Shown here piece by piece: positions 50,279-61,298 of a stretch of 64,000 nt of DNA. The position numbers and the translations under genes are program-made. Each line of letters starts with the position of its first letter. Position 1 is the stretch's first letter. The notes below the pieces were generated by a model. It ran no database searches, was not told where the DNA came from, and saw only the letters and a list, made by a program, of their open reading frames with translations. The stretch is from Cyanophora paradoxa CCMP329 (lineage: Eukaryota > Plantae > Glaucophyta): assembly GCA_004431415.1 (NCBI GenBank), contig QPMI01000177.1, positions 1 through 64,000 of the forward strand, written 5' to 3'.

Positions 50279-53200
50279 TTAAGAGGAAGCGTAGCCAGTC
50301 GAACGGCAGCTGGAATTTGATTTCGCATTCGAGGCTTCAGCGGAGTGCGCCGGTACCGGTACCGGCCGCGGCTGCGCAGGCGCAGCCACGCCGGCGAAGA
50401 CGAGGCGCGTGTCCCTCAGCATGAACCGCAGGTGCCCGCGCCCCACGAAACCGAGTCTCTTCGCAGCCGTCTCCGTGACCTGCTCAAGTCCGTTGGATCA
50501 AATTCCACTTGGCCGCGGACCGCGAGCCTAGAATAAAAGTAAAAATGATATCGCCCGCCTTCAGTTTGCTGAGATGTAGGGAGCTGAGCGACGAGACTGC
50601 TCCGGGGTCCGTGAAGATGGGGAGGGGAGAATCGACCTCCAGGACGTCGAGCGACGGCGCGTCCGACACAAGGCGCTGTGCGGCACGACGTGAGAATTCA
50701 GGAAATTCGAAATCGAACATGAACGAGGGAGTCGAGCACTGCGTGCACCCCGGCTGCGGAATGTCAGCGAGCACGCGCGAAGTGCGTGTACCGTTGCGCG
50801 TGACTATGGCCGAGGCGTGAATTTTGCAGCTGCAGAGGTTGGGCCAGACGAGGCTCGTCGCGGCGAGTCTCTTGAACGCCTCCACGCAGAGACGAAGGTT
50901 GGCGTGCTGTGCAAACAATGCAAACATGCTTAAGAGGCAGATCACTAGGGGCCCGGCCGCGTTTGGCGCGCCGGGGGTGCAAGGGGGGAATCGGGATCTA
51001 ATGAAAGAGTAGTAGTGGCACGAACATGCACGGGGCAGATGTAGATCGACCCCGGCCCAGAGCGCGCGGCAGGTTGAAGTAGTAAAGATAGACACAAGGG
51101 TCCGGCCGAGTCGCTGGAAACAGCGGCGCGTGGGGAGGGGGGCAACCCCCTCCCTGCCTGGCCGGACCTATCCGAGCAAATTTTTTTTTTAGTAAAGATA
51201 GACACAGATTATATATGATTGAAAAGAATAGAAAAGGGCTCAGCGGCTGATATGCAGACGCTGCGATCTAACCGAATAAAGAAAAGCCTGAATGAAAGGC
51301 CAGATTCAGCGCACTGTATATGAAAGGTTGTTCTGGAGCGGAAAAACGCTGTCGAGCATGGGGGTGAGCGGCAGCCAGCGGCGCCGGTCCTGAAGAGAGC
51401 CGTCTTGCGAGAGCATGGTGAGGCGGCCCGCCGCCTCGAGCGCCCGCAGAGCCACGCGGCTGGCGCGCTGCTCGCTCCCGCCGCGCATCTGGTAGACAAG
51501 ATCTTGAATTCGCGAGCAGAGGCTGCGACATCTGGCGGCTGCGAGCAGAGGCTGGATCGCAAGGAAAAGCTACGCGGTACGGGCCAATCCGGCCCACGGG
51601 CTGCGCTTGCTTCGGTGCACGTGCTGCGGTGCAAGCTTGATGCCGCAGTGCAGTCAAAAGTAGTCCAGGCGGCACGGGTACCGTGCGGCGTACGCGGCGC
51701 ACTGCGAGGGAGAATTTTTAAGTAATTCCGTGCGGCGTACGCGGCGCAGTGCGAGGAAGTGGAAATCTAGAGGAGATCGAGCAAGACAGGCTAGGGAGAA
51801 GTGGTTCCATGCAGAACCGCGGAAGGAATTCGAAGACCGGAATGAGAGAGAAGTTGGTTTCCAGGCTTCAAGTCGAGGAAAACTGGCCTTCGCTAGAACC
51901 GCGGAATTCGAAGGAATTCGAAGACCGGAATGAGAGAGAAGTTGGTTTCCATGCTTCAAGTCGAGGAAAACTGGTCTTCGCTAGAACCGCGGAAGGAATT
52001 CGAAGACCGGAATGAGAGAGAAGTTGGTTTCCATGCTTCAAGTCGAGGAAAACTGGTCTTCGCCCTCGAAAACCTTTTTTTGCATGGACGGCCGCAGCGA
52101 CAAACACGTGTCGCTCCCACCGAATTTCGGCACATTTTTGTTGCAAACTGGACCTCGAAAACGGCCTCATAGAAAACTTTTGGCTGAAGCGAGGGAACGG
52201 GAAGCAAGGGGGGGAAGACCTTCGGTCTTCTTTTCCCCCCTTGCAATTAATATTTGGATCAGCCATAGTATAAGTCTACTGATTATAAAGGCGTGCACGA
52301 CTCGCAATCGCATGTCCCACCTCGAGAGACTCGTGGCTGGCGAGGGCGGTCATCAGCTTGGCATCGACAATCATCCTCTCGTCGGCAAGCGTGAGAGAGC
52401 GCAGCGACTGTAATTGGGACAAGACCGAAAAGTCAATGTTAAAGACGTCCTTCCTCACGGAAATCGTCGTGTGCTCGAGAAGAGGCATGCTGTTGAGGAA
52501 GCCCAGCCAGCCCAGCGAAAACAATGGATCGAGGACTGCCATGCAATGCGCACGTGCAAGTGCACGCCATGTATACGTATACGTAATTAAAGAACAGCAT
52601 TGCATGATGTATCGTGTACAAGATATAAACGGCTCACCTCGAAGCTTCGTCAAGGCGCCCAGCGACCGAAGAGCGACTTCGCTTGCCGTCGGCCAAAGCT
52701 GCCCGCCGTGAACTGCCGACCGACAGGAAAGCTGCAGGCGTTCCAGCAAGGTGAACTTCGACGCCGCCACGATTGCTGCCGTGAGGTCATCCCGCTCGCG
52801 ATCGTCGGCCAAAACCGCTCTGAATGAGAGCGCCCGAAGGGTGGAAGCGAGCGGGGCCAGGCCTTCCAGAACAGATGCATGGAGGGGAATGTCCAGATCG
52901 AGAGCCTGATCATGATCATATGCATGAGCTCGAGTTCATGATCAGAAAATCATATGGCCAATTGTACTAGTACGACGGTAATTATAAGCTAAAGCTAAGC
53001 TGAACATGACGCACCTCGAGTTTCGAGAGGAACTGGATGGATGCGAGCGGCTTTCGAAGAATGGACTTGGTGCAATGCGATGAAGCCCATGGCCAAACCG
53101 TAGATTTGAGGCCGATGTGCAGGCTGCGGAGGCTGCCGAGTTTTTTGACGGCCCCCACTCCAGAAAGTTTAACGCCTGTCGCAGCTGCATCGTCGAAGGA

Positions 53201-53613
53201 AACGTACAGCTCCTCCAAATGCTGTCGGAATGCTGAGAAGAGGCGCCCGTAGCCCGCCTGGCTGATGCTGCCGCCCTCTAGAGAGATGCACCGCACGGCC
53301 TTCCGCGCCTTCCACGGCAGCTTCGCCAGCGCATCTACCGCCGCGTCGTTCGGATCCCGCAAAGCCACTCGGTCCCACAGGCCGAGGCTGCCGTCGTTCA
53401 CGATCCGCCGGAACCGCCGGCAGACCGATTTCAGCTTCACGAGCTTGTCCGGCTGCCCGTCCGGCTTGCAATCGATATTGCCGTCGTGTGGGTCGAGAGG
53501 CGACATCCGCCTGCAAACTGGCTTGAAAATCCGGGCCCCCCGCGTGGCCAGGAACAGCATGCGGCCCAGTACTTCGTCTGGCAGCACATCCAGCGGGCTG
53601 CCGCCGGCCATCA
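50279..53613 (-). CDS. F-box-like / LRR-like protein, paralog 2; apparently intact, with a Helitron-type element in one intron
   Basis: GGSPLDVLPDEVLGRML...LVKLKSVCRRFRRIVNDGSL. Exons are collinear with paralog 1 on both sides of the insertion (ESLE|HANLRL; RLVSDAPSL vs RLASDVPSL; VTETAAKRL vs VSSGAAEHM). TAA at 50279-50281. Confidence 0.75.
51097..51189 (+). mobile_element. 93-bp structured, oligo(T)-tailed SINE-like insertion with 17-bp TSD
   Basis: TAGTAAAGATAGACACA at 51080-51096 and 51190-51206; absent from the homologous site near 63170; hairpins closed by GAAA and GCAA tetraloops. Confidence 0.75.
51813..52062. repeat. ~82-bp tandem repeat, three copies, inside the Helitron
   Basis: AGAACCGCGGAAGGAATTCGAAGACCGGAATGAGAGAGAAGTTGGTTTCC... 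repeated three times. Confidence 0.9.
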
Positions 53614-54838
53614 TAATAGCCTCCACGATCGACGGACCTGTAGGAGACTATTAAATCACGGTCATGCATGCATATCTTCAACTTAGACTTCAAGGCTTTA
53701 AAATAGAAACTGGCAAGCGCAATGGCAAGGTCGATCAATTCGTTGATCAATGGCAGGCGCACCGCGGCCGCTCGCAATCGTGCACATGGGCGCTTCTGCT
53801 ACGTCGCTCTGCGTGCTCGACGCGCCATGCGCGTACACGTTGCCTGCAGCTGTGATTGGAAAAAATCGATCGCGAAGTTGAAATTTACAAATTTGCAATT
53901 AATATCGGCGCGTGGGCGCAGGTCAATATTAAATATAATCTCGGGCCCGGGCGCCAACGACGTACGCGCGCCGTCCCGGCCCGCCCGAAAGTCGAAATTC
54001 GAAATCCGCGATCGGAGCATATCATATCTAGAGGGCTGATTACGGAGCACGCGCACCGCTCGCGAAAGCTGCCTCCACTCTGCTGGATATCGATGCGGAG
54101 GCGTGCGTCTCGCATTGCTCGCGCACAAGAACTGCAAGAATCACGCCCGATTGCAATCAGCTCACATCGTCGACCCCTTGATTGCCAAAGCTCACCTTCG
54201 CTGCCGTTTGAATTCGCCGCTGCTCGCGACAGCTTAAGCTTCGCGCTGCTCGAGCTCGAGCTCTCGCGCGCCATTTCGTTTGGGGGATTGAGCGGGGTGC
54301 GGGTACGTTGGCATTGGATCATTAGGGGGGGACTGCGGGAAATTATAATTAAGGGAATAATTCGTGGGGGCCAATTGCAAGAATCAAAGGGATTGAATCG
54401 CGACCGCCGCCGGCGCCGGCCGCGGGCCGGCCGCGGCGCGCGCGGGGGAATTTTCTTTCGCAGTTGGCAATATATATAGTCCAGCGTATATACCGTAGTA
54501 CGTAGCTCGCCTTTCGTGACAAGGTATAAGGCTGTTGGGCTGGAGAGGGACCTCCCCCGGTCAACCTCGAGCTCGTTTCACAGCTAAGATCTTGCGGGCC
54601 TTCCGAAGGCATTCGCGAAAAAGCGGTGCGACGGGGCCGGGGAAATCATCATCATGATAAGGATCGGGAGAGAATTCGATCAGGCTCGGTGCACTGCGCA
54701 TGCAGCAGCCTGCCACGGCCGGCCGGTCGGGGACACTGGCGCACAATATGGACACGGGCCCGGGGGCCGGGTTACAGAAGAAGGCTGCCGGGCTCGAGAG
54801 CCACAGCCGGGGCGGCCACGGGAAGGTTTAGCTCTAGG

Positions 54839-54963
54839 TCAGGGGAGCGGGAAGCCGGGGGCCGAGAAGCGCCACTCCAGGGTACGTGGATCGTACGAGA
54901 TGAAGCGAGCACCCCGCTGCGGCAGATATCAGCGAGGAAGAGGATAGGGGGAGTAGCAGAGAA

Positions 54964-54994
<31 letters not shown>

Positions 54995-57900
54995 GCGGGC
55001 GGGGGCCGGCGCACGTTAAGGCAGTAGCGCTCGAGCTCGAAACGGAGCCGCGAGTAATCATTCCTCCGCCGTACCCCTTTAAGCACGACCAGCGCCGGGC
55101 CCGCCAGCGCCGGAGCTGCGCGGCACGATAAATCTCGCAATAACCTAGCAGGGCGGGGCAGGGGGGGGAGGAAGGGCGCACCCGTGGCGGGGTCCACTCG
55201 GACGCTCCGCTGATGGAACTCAACCGCGCCGGGCAGGCAGGCGCCCCGCAGGTCCAGCGGGCCTACCAAAATCGTGAGATAGGGGAAGGGGGCGTGGGGG
55301 GGGGGTACGGGATGAGTGGGCGTACCATCCCACGTGATGCTGCCGCGCTCAGGATGCGAGACCTGGCGGAAGGAGGGCAAGCTCAGGGGCACGCAATTTT
55401 CGGGTCGTTCTAGGGGGGGATACCGTGAAGCGGCGGACGGAGGCGAGCTCGGCGGGGGACATGGCGGAGAGGGCCGCGGCGGGGGGGTACGTGACCAGGG
55501 GCGGGGGGAGGGGTACGATGTGGCTCGGCCCGGTGCGTGTCGACGATTCGAAGGCAGTGGGGAACGCCGCCCGCCGCCCAGGGGACGTGCCAGCGGGAGG
55601 GTACGCGGACGGGGGTGCGGGCGCGAAGCGGGGGGAGGCGGCGCCGGGGGATACCGACGCGGCGGCGAATGCGGCCTCGAGCCGCTCCATCCGCTCCTCG
55701 CTCAGCGTGCGGGCCGGTCGCGCGCGCGCCCGCGGCGCGCCCACACGGACGGCGCGCCGCGGGCGGCCGCGGGGAGCCTCCGCCTCTTCCGAGCGGCCCG
55801 GCTCGAAAAGCCGCGCCGGCGACCCCTCGGCCGCCAGCGGGGGTGGGGAGGCCGGGGGCACATCATCAGAAGCGCCGGGCCCGCCGGACGCCGATCCGCC
55901 GGAGGAAGCCGCGGGAGGTGAGGCGGGTGCTCCTCCGAAGACGAACGGGGTCGCCGGGTCCGGCGAAGGTGGGAGGGGAGAAGAGGAGAGAGGGCGAGCC
56001 TCAGTCGCGGAGAGGGGGCTGACGAGGGGGGGCCCAGACGCCTCGGCGGCTCCCGCTCCGGCCCCAGCGGGCGGCTGAGACGTCGACGCAGCGCCCTCTG
56101 ACGCCGGCGGGGCCGGAGAGACGGCGGGTACCAAGGGCGCCGTCTCGTCCGAACCCGAGGAGGGCCGCGGGGGCACGCCGCCTCCGAAGACGAAGGGGGC
56201 CGGGCTCGTGGGGGGAGGGGAGGCGGGGGAGCCGAAAATGAAGGAGGGTACCGGGCTGGAAGGGGAGGGGGAGGGGGGGAGCTCGGCCGCGCCAGGCGAG
56301 GAGAAGGTGAAGGAATGGCGCGCAGGGGCAGGGGCAGGGGCAAGGGAAGGGGTAGGGGCCCGGGGCGGGGAGGGGGAGAACGAGAAGACGGGCGGGGAGC
56401 CGGGGCCGGAGTTGGGCGAGCTCGCCCCGGCGGCCGCCGCGGCGCCGCCGAAGGAGAAGGACGGGCGGCTGGGGTCGGCGGGCCCCGCGGGGGAAGAAGG
56501 AGAGGCAAAGGGCGAGAACGCCTGAGGGGGACGGGGCGGGGCCGCCTCGGCTGCCGCGGCGGGGCGGTCCGGCCGGGCCGAGCCGAGGGCAGGGAAGGAG
56601 AAGTGGGGAGAGGCGGGGGCGCGGGGCAGGGAAGGGAACGGGGCGAAGCCGGAGGGGAGGGGGAAGTAGTACAGAGCGGGGGCGGGGCGGGCGGGAGGGG
56701 GCGACGGGGCGAAGGCGGGTGGGGGATCGGGTCGAGCGAGGCGGGGGCGGGGGCGGGGGGCGCCTGCAGGGTACGCAGGGTGGATGCCTTGGGACGCAGT
56801 CGCACCGGAAGACGGGGGGTACTGGGGGTGCCGGAGGGCGCGGAGGCGGGGACGCCGGCGCACGAGGCGAGGAGGGCGGGGGGGAGGGCGAAGAGGAGGG
56901 GGAGGGGCGGGGGCGGGGGCGTCGGGCGGCCCGGGCCGTCGTCGGGCGCGCGCGCGGGGCCGGGGCAGGCCGGGGGCCCGTCAGGAGCAGAGGGGGGCTG
57001 GAGGAGAAAAGGGGTACGGCGGAGGGCCCGAAACGGATCTCTCCGACAGGCGAGGGCGGGTCGAACGAGATCGCGTCCTGCGGGGGTACATGCTCGAGCA
57101 CGGAAGGGGAGGGGGAGGGGGGCGAGGGGGGTACGCTCACGGGAGCCGCGGCGGCAGCGGAGAGGGCGCGGGCGGCCTCCGCAGCGGACGGTCGCTTGGT
57201 CGGCTCCTGGTCCCACATCCGCCGAATCAGATTCGCCAGCGCAGGTGGCCACGCCGCCAGCTCCGGACGCTCCCCGTTTGCGATGCGGCGCAGCACCTGC
57301 GCCGGCCGAGCTCGGCGGGGGAGAAGGGGAGAAGGCGAGGGGGGGGTACGCCCGCGCACATCCATCGGGGGGAGGTCCGGGAAGGGCGGTCGGCCGGAGA
57401 GGGCCTCGTTGAAGAGGACCGCTGCGGCGAAGACGTCCGCAGCCGGCGTCGGCCTGCGCCGGACGCGGTCGGCTGGGCGCGGAGAGCAAGCTTGGAAAGG
57501 GGGGTACAGGGGCGGCGGACGGACCTAGGCGCGATGGACGTGAGCAGCTCCGGGGCGCTGTAGGCGTCGGCGCCGGCGGGCTCAGAGGCGCCCACGTCGG
57601 CAATCTGAGCGGGGAAGATAAGCCCTGGAAGAGAGCGGCGAGTCCGCCGGGAGGGGCGCGCCTTGTAGGCGCGGGAGGCTCCTGTCGCTCCGAAGATCTG
57701 GGGAGGGGTACGGCGGTTCACATCAGCAGGTCCAGGAAGAAGCGGGGGTACGAGGGCGGGGGCGGGGAGCGCACGAGGACGTTGGGGGGCCGGAGGCGGC
57801 CGTGGGCTGCGCCGCAGCGCCCGTGGAGGAACGCGAGCCCGGCCGCCACCTGCCGCGCTGCGCCCGCGCCGGCTCGCCTCTCGAGAGGGGGGTACGCGAG

Positions 57901-58860
57901 GCGCTGAGTCGAGGGCGCGCGCACCGCAGTCGAGGGCCTCTGCGGGGGAGATCCGAGCGGAGCGGAGGCTTCCCGAGGCGCGCTCGCACACCACCGCGAA
58001 GCGCTCGCGGGGCGCAGCCACGAGGCCGTAGACCTGTACCCGGGGTCGCCGGCGAGCCCGGGCGGGGCGCGGCTGCGGGCAGCGGGGCGTGCGTGCCTGG
58101 ACAATCGATGGATGACGCAGCTTTCTGCGCGCGGGCCGCGCGTCGAGTGGTGTCCGGCCGCGGGAGAGCGGGGCCCGCTCACCCCGCGGCGGCGGCCTGC
58201 CTTCGGAGCGCGGTGCGGAGCTCTTCGGCCTCGCGCTCGCCCGCCGGAATGAGGAGCTCCCGAAGCGCGACGGCGTGGCCCGCCCACGCCCCCGCCAGCA
58301 CGCGCGTCCCGCCGCCCGGCCGGCGCCCGATCTCTGCCGCCCGGTCGACGAGCGTGGCGCGCCGCGGAACGAACAGCGCACGAACCGCGGCCCCTCGTCA
58401 CGTCGGTGGCGGGAACTACGTGCAGCTGCTCCGAGCTCGAGTCTCCTGCGCACGCGGCCGGCTCGATCAGCGCGCGCGAATTCAAAAGCGCAAACGAGGC
58501 GGGAGGGAGCGCACGAACGGTTTTGAGCAGATCGCGCATCGTGGTGTTCACCGGGAGCGGAATCGGAATCGTCACGCTCGCCCGGCAGACGGGGCACTGG
58601 ACCCGCGCCGAGTTGCAATTCGCCGCGTCTGCGCGGTGCCTCATCCAGGACTGCACCCGCTGCAGCTGCTCCCACTGCTGCTCAGCGTTTTTCACGCCGG
58701 GGAGCTCGCGGATGCAGCTGCGGCAAAAGCTGTGGTTGCAGACCAGCGTCGTCGGCTCCTCGAGCGCGTCGAGGCAAACGCCGCAGTTGAATTCGTGATG
58801 CTCATGGTCACCCGCTAGAACACCCGCGTGGCTGGCTGTCGCCCGCATCGGGACAGCCAT
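54839..58860 (-). CDS. RING finger - TKL-like pseudokinase - FxFG/Pro-rich region - Nup98/Nup145N peptidase-S59-like domain fusion
   Basis: C3HC4 RING CGVC..LVCNHSFCRSC..CPVC; kinase LRHPSIVQVYG, LAFLH..HGRLRPPNVL, IADVG, YSAPE, DVFAAAVL, MWDQEPTKRPS; FSFG/FIFG/FVFG repeats; C-terminal VRRFTVSHPERGSITWDGPLDL...GARFISYDPRTLEWRFSAPGFPLP*. Confidence 0.8.
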
Positions 58861-58902
58861 GGCCAGTACCGGTACCCGGCTGATATCGGTCCCCCCGGAC
58901 AA

Positions 58903-60570
58903 ATGGCGAACGAGCTCGAGAGCCGTGCGAAGCGGGCGCGCACGGCATCACACAGTGAAGGTAAGCTCGGCGGTAGATCGATAGCTGAGGTCTGCGCCGC
59001 CGGCTGAGCGCCGCGCGCTTTCCCTCGCGCGCCGCGGCCGGCGCAGCGGGAGGCGATGCGAGCGAGCAGGCCGGCCACGGGACGCACCGCTTCGCATCGA
59101 GCAGCGATGCAGCCTCGTCCGCGAGCGGTGCGCTTGCCGTTCGGCCGCCCGCAGCTCGATCGCGAGCTCGATATCGATGATTCGAATTCAAATCGTTGAC
59201 CGTGGCCGTGCGCGCGCGATATTGATCCATTGCAGACAATAGCGCATGCTCAGCGAAGGTTGCGAGTGGTCTTTCAAGCAGAGGAGCAGCTCCGCCGAGC
59301 GTTGGAGCGGTGATGGCGGCGCCGGCCGCGGCCGGCGGCAGCCCGCTGGACCTTCTGCCGGACGAGTTGCTGAGCCGCGTGCTGTTCGAGGCGGCGCGGC
59401 GAGACTGGACCGAGCGGCCAGTGTGCGCGGGGACATCGCTGCTCGACCCGGGAGACGACGAGCCCGACGTGCAGCCCGAGGAGCTCGTGAAGCTGAAGGC
59501 GGTGTGCCGTCGGTTCCGGCGAGTCATCGATGATGGCAGCCTGTGGGGCCGCGTGGCTCTGTGGGAGCCGAACGACGTCGACGCGGCGCTGGATGCGCTG
59601 ACGAAGCTGCCGGAGAAGGCGAGGGCATCCATCCAGCGCGTCGTTCTTAATGCAGCCAACACCAGCATCACATCCACTGGTCTCTGCAAGCTGGCAGCAG
59701 CTCTTCGTGATCAGATCGAGGAATTCAGCATTTTCTTCACTGAAGCAAACAGCGACGCTGATCATGATCGGTTTCCCTTTGTTGGGATCGTTCCAATCAT
59801 CACCATGCAGCGTCTCCGCAGTCTTTGCTTTGGGGTGTGTGAGCACCCGTCGGCGTTCGTTTCAGCATTCACAACGCCTTCCGTTCGGGAGTCCATATGC
59901 ATGTCGTTTATATCCTTCCTTCCGGATCTTCAGGTCCGGGAACCGTGACTCTCGATCTAAATTTCCGATTAGTGATCATGAACTCTAGATCTAGATCTGA
60001 ACCTTGCAGTCCGATTCTTATTCCGACATGTCCCAGATGCTCGAACTTGACATGCCTCTTCCTATCTCTGTCCTAGAAGCTCTAGATCTCGCTTCCGGTC
60101 CCTTCGCTTCCTCGCTCCGAGGGCTGGCTTTTCGCGCCGTGTTCAATGCAGACGAGCATCCAGCAGCAGTTTTCGCTGCAGCAGCCAAGTTCAAGTCTCT
60201 GGAGAGGCTGGCGCTCTCGTTCTTCCGCACGGACTCGGACGATCCAGACGCGTCCCTCCCCGCTTTTCTCCACCCCGATGCTCTACGCCCGCTGGGCAGC
60301 CTCGTGCATATGCAAGGTGAGTTAATTCTTATATAAGTTGCGAGGTTCAAATTCGATCGTTGATTTATATATCTCGCTGAATCGCTGATCATTTGACTGC
60401 AGAGCTTCGAATAGACGGGTTTCTCGGTTGGATTGGATTTATCTCCACTATGCCTCGACTGCACTCCCTTCTCATCTCTATGGATCAGAAAACAGCGGGG
60501 ATTGTCATTGACACGCGGCCTCTTCTTGCGGCTGCCAGTCTCAGGTCGCTTGTCCTTGACTACATTTCTC
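58903..60570 (+). pseudogene. F-box-like / LRR-like protein, paralog 3, truncated at its 3' end by Helitron-derived sequence
   Basis: First exon MANELESRAKRART; GGSPLDLLPDELLSRVL...VCRRFRRVIDDGSLW. Similarity to the paralogs stops after SLRSLVLDY and the downstream exons are not found. Confidence 0.7.
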
Positions 60571-60677
60571 AGAGTCTTTTGAAACAAAGCAAGATGCAAT
60601 TGCTTTTGCTGTTGCGGGTCTCCCATGGCCATCTCTCGAGGTGCGAGTGCACTGCGGCATACAGGTTCTCGTACTCG

Positions 60678-60729
60678 GCTAGCTGCACGTTCTCATAGTC
60701 ATGCATGACTATGAGAACGTGCAGCTAGC
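60678..60729. repeat. Perfect 52-bp palindrome
   Basis: GCTAGCTGCACGTTCTCATAGTCATG|CATGACTATGAGAACGTGCAGCTAGC. Confidence 0.95.
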
Positions 60730-61105
60730 AGAGAAGTCCTCGTTCGAGAAGCACGTGAAGCGCGCGAAGTGCTCGCTGCATACTGTACCTACCGACATGT
60801 CTCTTCCGGCATCGGCAACGGTCGGGCAGTACCCGTGTAGGCAGTGCTCTACCGTCTGTCCGTCGGCTCCTTCCCTTCGCCAGCACGAGGCTGCACACGC
60901 CAGAGGTAAATTCTGTGATGCGGGGCTCAACCAGCTCAATGTAGTGACGTTGCCCGCAATGCAGAGGCTGCCGAGGATGTAGTCGAGTCCGAGTGCAGCA
61001 GCAACTCGTCCGAGGAAGAAGCGGATCCGACGTCAGGCCGCCGGAAGCGAACAGCCAGACGGGCCACGCATAGCTGCGATCATGAGGGCGGAGGCTGGAG
61101 CGGCG

Positions 61106-61298
61106 GAGAGATAGCCTAAGGTGGCTTAGGTGTGGCGGTAGAGTTTAGACTCTGCTCTGTCGGGCAAGATTTGCTTGCACTGGGTGTCCTTTATCAACTC
61201 TAACCGTCCCGGGCGGCTGGCGCACGCAGGTACGAGGCCTGGTCATCAAATCCCGGACAGGCGAGGTACGCCACCTAAGCCACCTTAGGCTATTTCTC
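61106..61298. mobile_element. 193-bp MITE with 27-bp TIRs (MULE-like GAGA ends)
   Basis: GAGAGATAGCCTAAGGTGGCTTAGGTG ... CACCTAAGCCACCTTAGGCTATTTCTC (26/27 match). Confidence 0.8.

Larger units (their letters stand above)
50945..52282 (-). mobile_element. Non-autonomous Helentron/Helitron-type element
   Basis: 3' end is a hairpin (CCCGGCGCGCCAAACGCGGCCGGG) then CTAG|T. 13-bp subterminal inverted repeats lie at 50978-50990 and 52233-52245. A 5' hairpin is present and the candidate 5' end is A|TC at 52282. No TSD. Removing it restores a 76-nt intron. Confidence 0.8.

Noticed and set aside
50484-51095. Separate 203-aa gene
   Set aside because: It is a chimera of the Helitron 3' end and the downstream exons of F-box paralog 2
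51097-51189. tRNA gene or group II intron DV/DVI
   Set aside because: There is an A-box-like 11-mer but no B-box or cloverleaf, and no DV catalytic triad or bulge geometry
51813-52062. CRISPR-like array
   Set aside because: Head-to-tail repeat with no unique spacers, no cas genes, and a eukaryotic TE context
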